Below, in pieces: positions 11,578 to 23,192 of a stretch of DNA of 30,935 bases. Both the position numbers and the translations under genes were made by a program. The DNA is from Lama guanicoe (taxonomy: Eukaryota): assembly GCA_013239625.1 (NCBI GenBank), contig MU054220.1:1054848-1085782 (forward strand). The letters are read 5' to 3'. Each line of letters begins with the position of its first letter. Positions within the stretch are counted from its first letter, which is position 1. The notes below the pieces were generated by a model. The model did not search any database and was not told the origin of the DNA. It was given only the letters and a program-made list of their open reading frames with translations.

Positions 11578-13884
11578 CAAGAGAAAGGGACAGACTATGA
11601 GTAACAAACAGAGGAGCAGAACTGTTAACTGTGGAGGATAGGGCTGCAAGTGTTGCTTCCCTCTCTGTTTTGAACTTCAGGAGTGTGTCAATTTAGTCTT
11701 AAGGTAAAGGCTGATGACAAAGAAAGGTGATTCTGTGCAGGGTTCCAGTCAGCTCTTCGTCACCTCAGAAGCTGAGGGAGAGAAGATTACAGTGGAGCCT
11801 CCTTTCTATACTGTTTCTATTCTCTACCTCTGGATGTCTTTGTACATCAGTGTTTGCCTGAGTGTGATTTTCTCAGTGGCTACTGTGTGAAAGCATAGCA
11901 CTTTACTGTAAGTCCCCGGGATTCTCTCCCTGTGGGGCAGAGAGAAAAGCTACATAATACATCACAAGAATCTGTCGCCTAGGTTCTCACCCTAAAAGAA
12001 GCTGATATGTCTATGACTTTTAAATCACTCGATCTTTGGGAGCTGGGAATTCTGCCATCTAAGTCTCCTTAGTCAGTCACTGATAAAAACGTCACACTCC
12101 CTCAGGGTAATCTGGCACATAGCTTTGAAGATTGGCATTTCCATTCTCAGGGTAACCATACCATTTAGGACAGTCACGTTCTCAGAAAGAAATCCATTCT
12201 CTGAACTCTGACCTATGCCTAAAACCACCCCATACATCCTATGTCAGGCTCACCAATGTCAAAATGAGTGACGAAGCCCTATCATGAAGTTTTCCACTTA
12301 CCTTAACCAAGTCTCACCCTAAACTATAGCCGGAGGTATGTGTTTAACCAAAGCTCAACTGCATTTCTAAAACTGGACTCTAATGATGTTTGTGGGTGCC
12401 AAGCGGGAGTAAATGAATGGCTGTGGCTGATGCTTCAGCTATGATTCCAACAGGACCAATTACTAATCCTCTGAGGACTTGAGAGGTCAATGCACTGCCA
12501 TGCATTGGAAATCCTGCACTTCATGAAAGTCTATTTAAACATTTTCTAGAGTCAGTGAAGAAAGAATTACAAACAAGGACCTTCAAGCAAATAATAGCTA
12601 CATAGTCGTGCATCAACATACTGAAGACCTGTTTGGGAGACACTGCTCCCAAGCTTCTTATGGGTTAGAAAGAGGGCTTAAATCAGGAGTGAAAGGAATT
12701 CTCTCCACATTGCTCATAGACTTTTGGGGAAACAAACATTTGGCAGAATTGGTTTGAGAAAATCATGTCCTATCAAATGGATTTGACTTACATTTTATAA
12801 TTCCATATACTAACTTTTCCTGATTTGAAGAATTTTTCATGATATATGTTTTGAAGATGCATTTATACTTTCATAAGAAATCAAGAAAATGAGTCAAAAT
12901 TAAATCCTAGAACTATCAAGTTTTCCAAATCCAGACTGATAATGGGGAACAAAATAAACTAAAATGTCCAAGACTTGGAGAGTTGTCTAGAGAGATATAA
13001 GAGTTCCAGCATCTCACTGGTTAGTTCATGGAGTCTATTTGCAGATGTGGGGCAAATGCCTGAGAGGAAGAAAGCAATGACTGGGCTTAATCTAAAAACT
13101 GAAGAATCCACAATCAACTAGTCCAGGTTAGTGATAACTACTTCTTTTGCCCAAAATTTAAGCAGATTGTCTTAATTTAACCAACTTAGTTTCACTAAAA
13201 TAATTTTTAGAGTTAAGTTCTGTTCATTGGAAGTTAACTTTTCTCTCTAAAAATGAATTTGGACACAATGATATGAAAATATCAACAGAAAACACTGGCT
13301 GTAATGTTCCCAGACAAGACGCTGTTGAGAACTACAAAAGTTACTTTAACAGGACTGTGGTTAATGCTTATGTCTCACTGAGTAGATTGATTCTGTAGAC
13401 TTCTGTTTGTAGTTACTAGAAATTCTTTTCCCTTGTCATGACTTCCATGTCCCACACTGAAGTTAGAATTTGTGAATTAAATCTTTTAAGAGTGATTAAC
13501 CACGTAAGTCACCATCTGTAGGAGCCATGGATACAGAAGAAACAACTCAAAGACTTAAGCTTTCCTGGAAGCTAAAGGTATCTTTCTTCACCTTTATTGA
13601 AAACTGAGAGATCATGATGCTGACTTCCGTGCCCAGAAAGTTTTGAAGAAAAATATGTGGTTATGTTTTTTGGCAGGGACTGGGGAAAGAAGAAAAAGAG
13701 GGATAAAAAATAAAATATCTTATGAACTTTTGTAACAACATGTACTCACTCTTGATAATCCATGTGCAGATCATTCCAAAAAAAAAGACTAAATTCTCAC
13801 ATATATTCAATATTTCCTCCAGTTAGCAATGAAAACTTCAAGTTCATTTTAATTGATTAAACTTATGCCAAAAGGAAACATTGT

Positions 13885-14060
13885 ATTATCTCAGGTGACC
13901 TTAACCTTTCTGTCTTGTCAATAGGAAACTCAGGGAAACTTCATGATTCATTTAATTCCATTTGTAAAATGTGAGTAGGGTAATATACCTACTCCAGAGC
14001 ATTATTCTATATGTGATGAAAGACCAAATAAACAGAAAATTCATTTCAGAAATATTGAGA
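13885..14060 (+). mobile_element. MIR fragment
   Basis: gtgaccttaacctttctg ... ccatttgtaaaatg ... taatatacctact. Confidence 0.45.
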
Positions 14061-14752
14061 AAATTTCACAGAACTTTGCACCACTTACATGTTGACATTC
14101 AAAGATGTGGAAAGAGTGAATATGAAAAGGTCATGCCGAGCCAGACACAACATTCGGGGCTGTTGAGTGAATGCTGCTCAGTGAGCTGTCATAAAGGTTA
14201 ATTCCTTGCCACTTGTCATCTGCAGCTCTGTCTGTGTGTGTGCATGTGCATCCATTTGACAGAATGGAATAACAGCTCACAGAGCACAGCTGGTGTACAT
14301 ACAGTAAAGCTTGGTTGGCACTTCCATATCTGATATGCAGTTGACTTTTAGAAGAATATTGTGTCCATATACATGTAAATATTCATGCCAATAGACAAAT
14401 ATAACTTTAAAATAACTGTTGTTGATGGAATTTGTCCCCCAAAGTGAAAGAAAGCTATCTGTGAGACTTTTAGAACTAGGAAGAAAGTCTAGAAGTCAAC
14501 CGTAAGTCAACATTCATTATAACATCTTTCTCTATTGCGGTGTTTGTAAGGTATTGTCACCATATATTCAATTAATATGAATAAGGAGAAATTTAGCCTC
14601 CTTTTATTTGTTTTTACAACTATCTGCAAAATGTCAGAGGTGAGTTTAAGGTGTAGCTTCACAAATCCCAGAGCCCAGGACTAAAGAGGTGATGAACTAT
14701 TTTGGCATTGAATTTAAAATTTCATCACTCAGAAATACTGTGATCTTTCCAG

Positions 14753-15715
14753 ATGGACCATGTGCTCACAACCCAAGATGAACGGATGGAAAGGATGGGC
14801 AACGTAACAGAATTCATCCTGCTGGGCCTGACCCAGAATCCAGAACTGCAGGCGCTCTTATTTGCTGTGGTTTTAATTACCTACTTGGCCACATTGGCAG
14901 GTAACCTGCTCATCTCAGTCGCCATCTTCGTCAGTCCAGCCCTGGGTTCTCCCATGTACTTTTTTCTATCCTGCTTATCCATTGTAGACGGCTTCTACTC
15001 TTCTTCCATAGCACCCAAAATGATCTTTGACTTGATCTCTGGAAAGAACACCATATCCTTCGATGGTTGCATGACTCAGCTCTTTGCTGAACATTTCTTT
15101 GCTGCAGCTGAGATTATCTTGTTAATTGCCATGGCCTATGACCGCTATGTAGCTATCTGTAAGCCTTTGCACTATATGACCACCATGAGCAGACCTGTGT
15201 GTGGATTCCTGGTTGGAATGGCTGGAGTTTTAGGGTTTCTTCATGGAGGGATCCAGGTTTTATTCATGGTCCAGTTACCATTCTGTGGCCCCAATGTCAT
15301 TGACCACTTTATGTGCGATTTAATACCTCTCCTGGAGCTAGCCTGCACAGACACTCACACACTGGGGCCCCTGATTGCTGCCAACAGTGGGTCACTGTGT
15401 TTGCTAACTTTCTCAATGCTGGTTGCCTCCTATGTTGTCATCCTGCGCTCCCTGAGGACTCACAGCTCTGAAGGGCGTCACAAAGCTCTGTCAACTTGTG
15501 CCTCTCATGTCACTGTTGTCATCTTATTCTTTCTACCGTGTTCACTCCTGTACCTAAGACCCATGACCTCCTTCCCCACTGACAAAGCTGTGACTGTGTT
15601 TTGCACCATAGTAACTCCTATGTTGAACCCTTTAATCTACACCCTGAGAAATGCAGAAGTGAAAAATGTCATGAAGAAACTCTGCGGGCAAATAATGAAA
15701 ACTGGCGATAAATAA
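14753..15715 (+). CDS. OR4C45: Olfactory receptor family 4C, OR4C45-like, intact (start may be Met1, Met12 or Met15)
   Basis: All OR motifs are intact ([40 protein letters not shown]). [32 protein letters not shown] and the QIMKTGDK tail match recalled human OR4C45. An acceptor-like tctttccag lies immediately before the ATG at 14753. Confidence 0.93.
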   Translation: MDHVLTTQDERMERMGNVTEFILLGLTQNPELQALLFAVVLITYLATLAGNLLISVAIFVSPALGSPMYFFLSCLSIVDGFYSSSIAPKMIFDLISGKNTISFDGCMTQLFAEHFFAAAEIILLIAMAYDRYVAICKPLHYMTTMSRPVCGFLVGMAGVLGFLHGGIQVLFMVQLPFCGPNVIDHFMCDLIPLLELACTDTHTLGPLIAANSGSLCLLTFSMLVASYVVILRSLRTHSSEGRHKALSTCASHVTVVILFFLPCSLLYLRPMTSFPTDKAVTVFCTIVTPMLNPLIYTLRNAEVKNVMKKLCGQIMKTGDK

Positions 15716-15854
15716 ATCTTGGGTGGAGTATGTAGGCAAAAAAAAAAAAATCTAGTGATATTTCATAGAGCTTTATTCCTCTTCATAGCTAATTAAACTT
15801 GGAAAAAATTATCCTGTCTGGATCAGTTTTCTTCAGGAGCCCATATATTGTGAG

Positions 15855-16099
15855 CAGGGCTGATATCCATGAAGGCATAGTAGATGCGGTGCCTGGAGCC
15901 CACGATGGTTTTAGGATCCCCTGAAATGTTTTAGTTTCTTTTAAAACAAGAAAAAATTAATATACTCCAAATGCAACTTGGATTATAGACATCTATACAT
16001 CAGTGCAGTCATAAAATATAACTTTTCATATTTTTATGGAGAAGGGGCCCCATGAAGGCAGAAGTACCAAGGGCCCACAAAAGTCAAAATGTTGCCCTG
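15855..16099. mobile_element. Non-autonomous hAT DNA transposon (MER53-like MITE)
   Basis: Termini CAGGGC...GCCCTG; 8-bp TSD ATTGTGAG (15847-15854) / ATTGTGGG (16100-16107); internal GGGCCCAC-like repeats. Confidence 0.85.
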
Positions 16100-16699
16100 A
16101 TTGTGGGTATGAAATAGATCAACAGCAATATCTTGAACACTCATTATACCCAGCACTATAGCTAGAACTAAGTTTTATTTTAAAAGAGGAAAAACAATTA
16201 TACATTTTAAAGGTGTAGAACAATAGGGAAAGAGTCTTCAAAGTGCATTTATCAAAATATACTTTTTCTGACCTTTCTAAGTGTTAGAGGCTTATAAATG
16301 TTCTCCCACCACAGCAAGTAAAAACTTTTACTTATCACAGTCCCAAGAAGAGAGCATTTGCACACAAAAGTGCTTTCCAACAATTATATTTCCATCATTC
16401 CCTGTAGTATACAGTAGTCTACAAAAAGAATTGGAAATAGAATCAGCTGGCATAAAAGAAACATAATTGATAAAGACTGCAGAGGTAAGGCAGAAATTAA
16501 CTGTGCCTTAAAATCTGGGTTTAGACACGGACAAAGAAATCTTCTGAAAATGAAACAGCTGTTATAGGAAATTACCCATGATTTAAGAACAAGTGTGTGT
16601 CATGGAACCAGACAACAATCACAAATCTGAATTATAGAAAAGAACCCATACCATGAACATAATGAAGTTTTAAGAGATTCTGAAATAGTCCAATGCTTT

Positions 16700-16880
16700 G
16701 AAGTCAGAGATTAAGAACTTTGGATCAAAAGACCTTAATTTCTCATTTTGTCTCCAGCATTAATCAGTCTTGTCAATGTTAGCAAATTGCTTCCCCTCTC
16801 TACCTGTGTTTTTCATCTGTAAAAAGGAAATGACATTGCATACTTCCTTAAGTTGTGAGAATTAAATGACTTAAATTGGA
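16700..16880 (+). mobile_element. MIR SINE
   Basis: gcaaattgcttcccctctct..tttttcatctgtaaaaagg..gttgtgagaattaaatga. Confidence 0.75.
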
Positions 16881-17600
16881 AAAATGAGTCAGCTGAAAAT
16901 TGGTGAAAATTGCTCAGGCACTGTTACAGACTTCAGAGACACCACCAGAGCATGCGGTATGCTGGGGCCTGCTGTTCCTGACAGAGGAGCTCAAGAACAC
17001 TGCTACTGCCATTTACTAACCATGGTCACAGTAAAACCAAATGTCTGTCCCAGACTCACTTTGCTTCAAAATAGGTCATAAATGCCATCCACTTATGAGT
17101 TCAGACAGCGTGGCAGTGAGTTATCTCAGCTGGAGAGCAGGTCTCTGGATACTAAGAGCTAGCCAACACCAACTCCCTCTTCTGGAATAAAAATGCCATT
17201 AAATATCTCTGCAGTTACTAATGGGAGAGCTGGTTGGATCAACTGTGAGACACTTGAGCAGAGCTTCTATCAAAAGCTCTAATGATGGCTCCTGTCCCAT
17301 TCTGGTCCTCCAGAAGAAATAGGAGAAATAGAGAAATAGGTCTCTGGGCCAGAGACCAAAAGGACAATCTCTGTACAGTGCTTGTGATTTGGGGGGAAGA
17401 GCTCAGAACTTGTTTTCAGGAGATTTCTCAACCAAGGTCTTGAGTATCATGTGATGCTGTCATTTCTCATGTTTTCAGGACTTTATATCAGGCTAGATAT
17501 TACTGTACACATAAAGAACTTTGAAAAATAGATGTTTTGCTATAATTTCTTATGAGTAACCATTTTGTAAACATATACAAGCAACGATAAGTTTTTCCCT

Positions 17601-18540
17601 CTTTTTATTGATGGACAGTTGATTGATAATATTATATTAGTTTCAGGTGTACAGCATAGTGATTCAGTTCTTTTTTCTGGTTGTATTCCATTATAGGTTA
17701 TCATAAGATATTGAATATAATTCCCTGTGCTATACAATAAAGCCTTGTTGCTTCTGTATTTAATGTATGGTAGTTTTTATCTGTGAATCCTATAACCCTA
17801 ATTCATTCCTCCCTGACTCCTTCACCTCCCTGGTAACCATAAGTTTGTCTTCTATGTCTGTGAGTTTGTTTCTGTTTTGTATATAGATTCATTTGTGTTA
17901 ATTTTTAGATTCCACATGTAAGTGATACCCTATGATACTTGTCTTTCTCTGTCTGACTTAACTCACTTAGTATAATATTCTCTAGGTCCATCCATGTTGC
18001 TGCAAATGGCATTATTTCATTCTTTTTTGTGGCTGAGTAATACTCCATTGTATATGTATACCGTATCTTTTTAAGCCAGTCATCTGTTGATGGACACTTG
18101 GGCTGTTTCCATGTCTTGGCAATTGTAAATAGTGCTGCTATGAACATTGGGATGCATGTGTCTTTTTTAATTAGAGTTTTCATTTTTTTTACAGATATAT
18201 GCCCAGGAGTGGAGGTGCTGGATCACATAGTAGTTCTGTTTCCAGTTTTTAAGAAATCTCCATACTGTCCTCCATAGTGGCTGAACCAATCTACATTCCT
18301 ACCAACAGTGTAGGAGGGTTCTCTTTTCTCCACATCTTCTCTAGCATTTATTATTTGTAGACTTTTTGATGATGGCCATTCTGATTGGTGTGAGGTAATA
18401 CCTCGTTGTGGTTTTAACTTGCATTTCTCTGATGATTAGCGATGCTGATCACTTTTTCATGTGCCTGCTGGCCATCTGTATGTCTTCCTTGGAAAAATGT
18501 CTATTTAGAGCTTCCGTGCATTTTTCCATTGGGTTGTTTG
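17601..18540 (-). mobile_element. Relatively young LINE-1 3' end (ORF2 C-terminus plus 3' UTR), 5'-truncated
   Basis: ORF 17905-18183, DTCIPMFIAALFTIAKTWKQPKCPSTDDW...MEYYSA.KKNEIMPFAATWMDLE, is the canonical L1 ORF2p C-terminus. Confidence 0.95.
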
Positions 18541-18879
18541 AAAAAGCAAAAGTATGTTTAAAAAATCAAACTTATATTTTAAACATCTACTTGTAGTTCC
18601 CAAGAAAGATGGAATGAGAGATAATGTAAAAATAAAAATGGTGGTGATGATAGCTAACGTTTACTGAGCACTTTCTGTGAATAAAATCTTGACCTAAGCA
18701 CTCATTTTGTATGTTTCAGAAGCAGCAAATTTCTGATCTTAGTTTATGTCTTATTTTAATTTTAATTTAAATTGTTTTAAACCTCAAACTGTGGAACTTA
18801 CTTCTGCCTAAAATATCTCCTTATTTGAGCATAATGGTGAACCTACCTTTAAGACGCTAGTGCAGATAATCACGACATC

Positions 18880-19092
18880 TCTTATTTGTGCGTTTACTAT
18901 GTGCGGTGCCTGATAATCCGTTTTGTTATTCAGTCCTCACTACAGCCTGCAGTAATATTGATTTTCCCACTTCATAAGTTAGTAAACAAAGGGCCAGAGA
19001 GGTTAGTTATATTGTTCAAGATCAATTAGCTAAAATTCGGCTGAATCAGAATTCAAATCTAAGTCCATCTGACCCAAAGCCTGTGTGCTTCC
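18880..19092 (-). mobile_element. MIR SINE
   Basis: ttattcagtcctcactacagcct..ccagagaggttag..gaattcaaatctaagtccatctgacccaaagcctgtg. Confidence 0.75.
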
Positions 19093-19667
19093 CTAAACTC
19101 ATTTTGCTTTCCCTTAAAACAGATGACAAACTAAACTTCTTACAATTTTCTTCTTGAAACCCTTTGGCCTTAATTGTTTAAGCCAATTTGAAGGTGAATT
19201 TCTCTCATCGATAGCCCTGAAGTGTGCGAGTCTGCAAAGAACCAGCTAGTCCATAATTTATAGCTCCGTGAATGTTTTGATTCCCATGTAACAGGAAATT
19301 CCTTCAAAACTATTTTCTTCTTTATCTGCACTAGTTCATATATAAAGGAATATCCTATGGCTTTTATAGTAGTACTTCCTCTGATAAATTTTTTAATTAG
19401 TAAATATGTTTGATATGAATATGTGTTCATCCTGCCTTTGTCCTAAAAAAGAAAAAACTTGAGGGAGGGGAATGTAAGCAAGATAGAAAATTATTTTTTA
19501 AGAAGCTCTCTCTAGTAACCATGTAACAAGAAGCTATGGAATAAAAATTCCAAATACAGGTCTTCTTTCTTTATTCCACAAGTGTATTTTCAACAGTACT
19601 TAACATTCAGAGGCTTACATTATCTCTAGTCTTTATACTTCTGTTTCCCGCTGGGAGGAAGAGACAC

Positions 19668-19812
19668 TAACATTCATCAGGCTCCTATCACCTGTCAGAC
19701 ATGAGGCTCTTCCCACACGTTCTCCTTTCATAAGGCATGAGGATTAAATTGCCCATTTTTGGACAAGCGAACTGAGGATCAGAAAGGTTTGTTTGCCTAA
19801 GATAACTTGTAA
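19668..19812 (-). mobile_element. MIR fragment
   Basis: cccatttttggacaagcgaactgaggatcagaaaggtt..ttgcctaagat. Confidence 0.6.
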
Positions 19813-20340
19813 GTTGAACAAAGAAATAATTTAGCCCCAGAGAGTAATTTTTAGGATGGTAGAGGCTTAACCAAGTTTACGGAAGAGTTTGAAGGAGGAA
19901 GTGAAGGAGGAGAAAAAGAGGATGATGACTAGAAGGGTGTCTATCAAACTGTTGATGGTGATTATCTCTAGGTAATGGGCTTATAAGAGGATTTATACAC
20001 ATGCATGCATGTGTTGCCAATCTTTATTTCTTATTTTCTAAATTTTAAAATAGATTTGTGTTTGGGAGGAAAGATGTCTTACAGAGCCTCCAAAATGGAG
20101 ACACCACTTCCTTTGTAAACAAGATTAGTATAATTTTTAAATCATCTAGAAAACTTCTGGTGATATTTACTCATGTATTTATTCTAGCAGGTTGCAGTTT
20201 TTCAAAAATAAGCAGCATTCATAAGTTGTTGGGCCATTGTTAATCATGATTTGAACTACAAAACACAAGAGTGCACTTGGAGCCAATCTTTATGCTGTTT
20301 GATATTTTAACTGTACTAAAAATAAAAGTGTGTTCAAATT

Positions 20341-20455
20341 GGTGGGGGGGTAATTAGATTTATTTATTCTTTTTTAAATGGAGGTACTGGGGATTGAACC
20401 CAGGACCTTGTACATACTAAGCATGCACTTTACCACTGAGCTATACCCTCCCCCC
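20341..20455 (-). mobile_element. tRNA-Ala-derived SINE, camelid Vic-1-like
   Basis: Minus strand reads GGGGAGGGTATAGCTCAGTGGTAAAGTGCATGCTTAG..GGTCCTGGGTTCAATCCCCAGTACCTCCA, with A and B boxes, an AT-rich tail and CTAATTACCCCCCC. TSD TTCAAATT at 20333-20340 and 20457-20464. Confidence 0.85.
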
Positions 20456-21341
20456 TTTCAAATTTCTAACTAAAGTAAGTATGCTTTTCTAGAAAGCCTC
20501 TTGAGATAAAATTGTGGCAAGCTGGCAAAAATAGGCTATTTATAGTAAGCCTCGCCATGATTTCATATTTCTTAGCTAATTGAAAAATTGGCTCAATTAT
20601 ATTTTTATTATCTAACATCAGAAATGAATAGATACAAAATTTTAGATCTGTTATACAAAGCTATTATAAAATAAACTATCAAAATGTGACAAAGTGAAAG
20701 AAGACAATATTTATTTTGCCTAATAACTCTGCATGAGTTCTGCAAAGAACCAGCTAGTCGTTTTTTGTTAGGCATGGAAGTTTGAGGCTAAAACAGTATT
20801 TCCTGATGATCTCCTGAACTTATCAGTTGCTGGAGGCTAATTTTGAATACTTAGAGTAGAAAAATTGCTCTTCATACCAATTTCTAGTTTGTTTTTTCTT
20901 AGTGCAAAAAGTAGATATTTGCAATATGGTGAATTACAGATTATTTGTCAAACAAAGAATAAGTTTATAATACATTATGGGAGCCTGCACTGTTAAAGGG
21001 TGAAGCCTGGGATGGGATGTGGTCACAGTGTGTAAAGTCAGGAAAGTAATGGAATGAACATGGTTGTATGTCTCAGATTCCAGAACACTAGAATCACTCA
21101 GAGTTTGAAACAGAGTGAGTTAGGAGAAATGAAAGGAAATGCCATTTTGCTTCACTGGCTAAAATATAAGCCATTCTGTTCTAAGTGAAGCATATATTTC
21201 AAGCATAGTAGAGATAGAAAACAAAAGACAGCAGCGTCTTTAGAAAAGGTTACAAAAGGACTGAAGTAGAATAATAACATCAGATAAAATTTGGGGGGAA
21301 TGGGTAATATATGCCATAAATTGGATTAAGAACTTTACATG

Positions 21342-21547
21342 AAATGAATTTCTACTTCATACCATACAGAAAAATCAACTCCAAATGGATTACGAATTCA
21401 AATACTAAAAGAAAAACTTTAATTCTTTATAAGAAATAATAGGTCAATATCTCCCTAATTCTGGGATAGGAGAGGATTTCTTAAACAAAACCTAAAAAGC
21501 ATAATGTTAAGAAAAAGTAAATAAATTAATTTACATTTAAAAAAAAG
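21342..21547 (+). mobile_element. Internal L1 ORF2 fragment with A-rich tail and 14-bp TSD
   Basis: ccatacagaaaaatcaactccaaatggatt corresponds to L1 PYTKINSKWI. TSD AAGAACTTTACATG at 21328-21341 and 21548-21561. Confidence 0.85.
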
Positions 21548-21745
21548 AAGAACTTTACATGGGTTATCTAATTTAATTCTCAGGATAAAATATACTTTAG
21601 ACATGTATTATCATTACCTTTATTTTAAAGACAAGCATTGAGGCTTGTAGAAGTTTGGTCACTCAGCCAAGGTCATGCCATGAGGAAGCGTGGGATATAA
21701 GACTCAAACGCAGGTTGATCTGTCTCCAGAACCAAGATCTCGCCG
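21548..21745 (-). mobile_element. MIR SINE (host of the L1 fragment; its first bases lie at about 21310-21341)
   Basis: aagaactttacatgggttatctaatttaattctca..ttttaaagacaagcattgaggct..gccaaggtcatg..actcaaacgcaggt..tgtctccaga. Confidence 0.75.
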
Positions 21746-22288
21746 TGTGCTGTAGTGTACTCCTGTACTGCTGATGTCATAAAGGTGATGAGAAGGAATA
21801 GGAGCCAAGCCTGTGTGCACACAGACTGCTGTATGTGGCTAAGTGTGAAGTTGTTTGCCTTAAGTTGTGTTTTGTCTCTCATTTCTACAGCTCAGTCAAC
21901 TATCACACAGACTCAAATAATGTTAACATAAATTTCTATTTAAATATCAGGATGATGGATCAAAAATAACTGACTTTAAGTTTTGGCTTAGGCATTTCAA
22001 AGCTAGATAACATTGATCAATTAACTACATCAGGAGACACTGTTTCCTTATTTCTGAAACAGGAATAATAATCATTCATGCCATGTACATTTCACACAGT
22101 TGTTTTATAATCAAATCATGCAGTTCAAATGAAAGACTAAGAACACTATAAAGTTTCTGAAGACGAACAAATGGATATGATGGATTAGGATGGTATATGG
22201 TAATAAAAAACAAGTTTTAGTTTGCTTCTCTTTCAGAAATAGTCATTTTTATTTCCTGCTTTACCACTCCTTATCCACCTGCAGTTTC

Positions 22289-23192
22289 TTACTGTGTGAA
22301 GAATCTTCTCATGGCATTTTTTACCTCTTCATTTCTCAGGGTGTAAATGAGTGGATTCAACATGGGTGTTAGGATACCATAAAATACTGCCATGTTTTTG
22401 TCTATAGATAAAGTAGATGATGGACGCATGTACGTAAATACACAGGGCACAAAGAACAAGGCAACAACAGTGAAGTGGGCCCCGCAGGTGGAGAGGGCTT
22501 TGCGCCTCCCGTCTGCACTGTGAGATCTCAAGGAGCGAAGGATGACGATGTAGGAGGCAGCCAGCATGAGGAAGCTCAACAGGCAGATCACACCACTGTT
22601 GGCCACCACCAGCAGACCAATGACATATGTGTTGGTGCAGGCAAGCTCCAGCAAAGGGTACAAATCACAGACAAAGTGATTGATCATGTTAGGTCCACAA
22701 AAGGGTAACTGAAGGACTAGCAAGAGCTGAATCAATGAATGAAAGAAGCCCCCAAGCCAAGCCATCCCCACCAGCATAGCACAGAGGTGCCTGGTCATGA
22801 TGGTCGTGTAGTGCAGGGGCTTGCAGATGGCCACATAGCGGTCATAGGCCATCACTGTGAGCAAAATGATCCCAACACCTCCAAAAAAATGGGCTCCAAA
22901 GAGCTGAGCCATGCAGCCATCATAAGAGATGGCTCTCCCCTCATACAAGGAGTCAGCAATGAGTCTAGGGGCCATAGAGGAAGAATAACAGGTGCCAATA
23001 AAGGACAGATTGGCCAGGAAAAAATACATGGGGGAAGCCAGGGCAGGACTGGAGGTGATGGTGGCCACAATGAGAATGTGGCCACAAACTGTGACCACAT
23101 GGATGACCAAAAAGATCACAAAGAGAATTCTCTGTACTTCCGGGTTCTGTGAGAGTGATGAAAAATTCTGTGACATTATGTAGTATTTCCAT
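22289..23192 (-). pseudogene. OR4C3: OR4C3-like olfactory receptor, frameshifted after codon 12
   Basis: [12 protein letters not shown] (from 23192) is in a different frame from LSQNPEVQR...[15 protein letters not shown]...PMLNPLIY. The span is 904 bp, not a multiple of 3. The body matches recalled human OR4C3 ([30 protein letters not shown]). Acceptor-like ctcccttgactttatag ends at 23230. Confidence 0.85.

Noticed and set aside
17905..18183. 92-aa protein-coding gene
   Set aside because: It is the C-terminal remnant of L1 ORF2p.
20375..20452. tRNA-Ala gene
   Set aside because: It has a SINE tail, a TSD and a degenerate cloverleaf, so it is a tRNA-derived SINE.
22475..23183. Antisense and alternate-frame ORFs over the OR genes (also 8967-9393)
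   Set aside because: These are shadow ORFs of OR coding sequence with no independent evidence.
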